Below are positions 37,174 through 37,179 of a stretch of DNA of 37,179 nt, piece by piece. The notes below the pieces were generated by a model, which did no database searches, was not told the DNA's origin, and saw only the letters and a list, made by a program, of their open reading frames with translations. The stretch is from an uncultured bacterium (lineage in GTDB: Bacteria > Actinomycetota > Coriobacteriia > Coriobacteriales > Coriobacteriaceae): NCBI GenBank assembly GCA_905215275.1, contig CAJMPE010000001.1:1-37179 (forward strand). The letters are read 5' to 3'. The position numbers and the translations under genes were made by a program. Within the stretch, counting starts at the first letter, position 1. Every line of letters begins with the position of its first letter.

Positions 37174-37179
37174 GAATCG

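Overview
High-GC chromosomal segment; gene content and protein style suggest a gut Coriobacteriaceae, probably Collinsella (inference only). About 30 CDS, mostly metabolic, transport and regulatory: GNAT fragment, TetM/EF-G-like GTPase, two paralogous P-loop ATPase-wHTH genes flanking a class II UvrA-like gene, trmL, COG0523 GTPase, ArsC/Spx-like protein, iron-sulfur flavoprotein, two multi-GGDEF(/EAL) proteins, patatin, a TPP-riboswitch-controlled thiM-(thiamine-binding)-thiE operon, HAD phosphatase, LysR plus a MetE-like synthase, uracil/xanthine permease, esterase, two tandem sortase-anchored beta-helix surface proteins, NCS2 permease, a degenerate peptide deformylase, bile salt hydrolase, a frameshifted kup, an EamA/LysR pair and an XRE-HTH-aminotransferase fusion. 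I saw no tRNA, rRNA, CRISPR array, integrase or transposase. Most notable: (1) each ATPase-wHTH gene is preceded by its own 10-bp-period repeat array, and the block is punctuated by three copies of one palindrome that also supplies stop codons; (2) a surface-protein tandem array whose junction carries a synonymously diverged copy of the NCS2 gene 3' end; (3) the HTH-aminotransferase fusion, with an internal RBS/start and a perfect 20-bp palindrome upstream.
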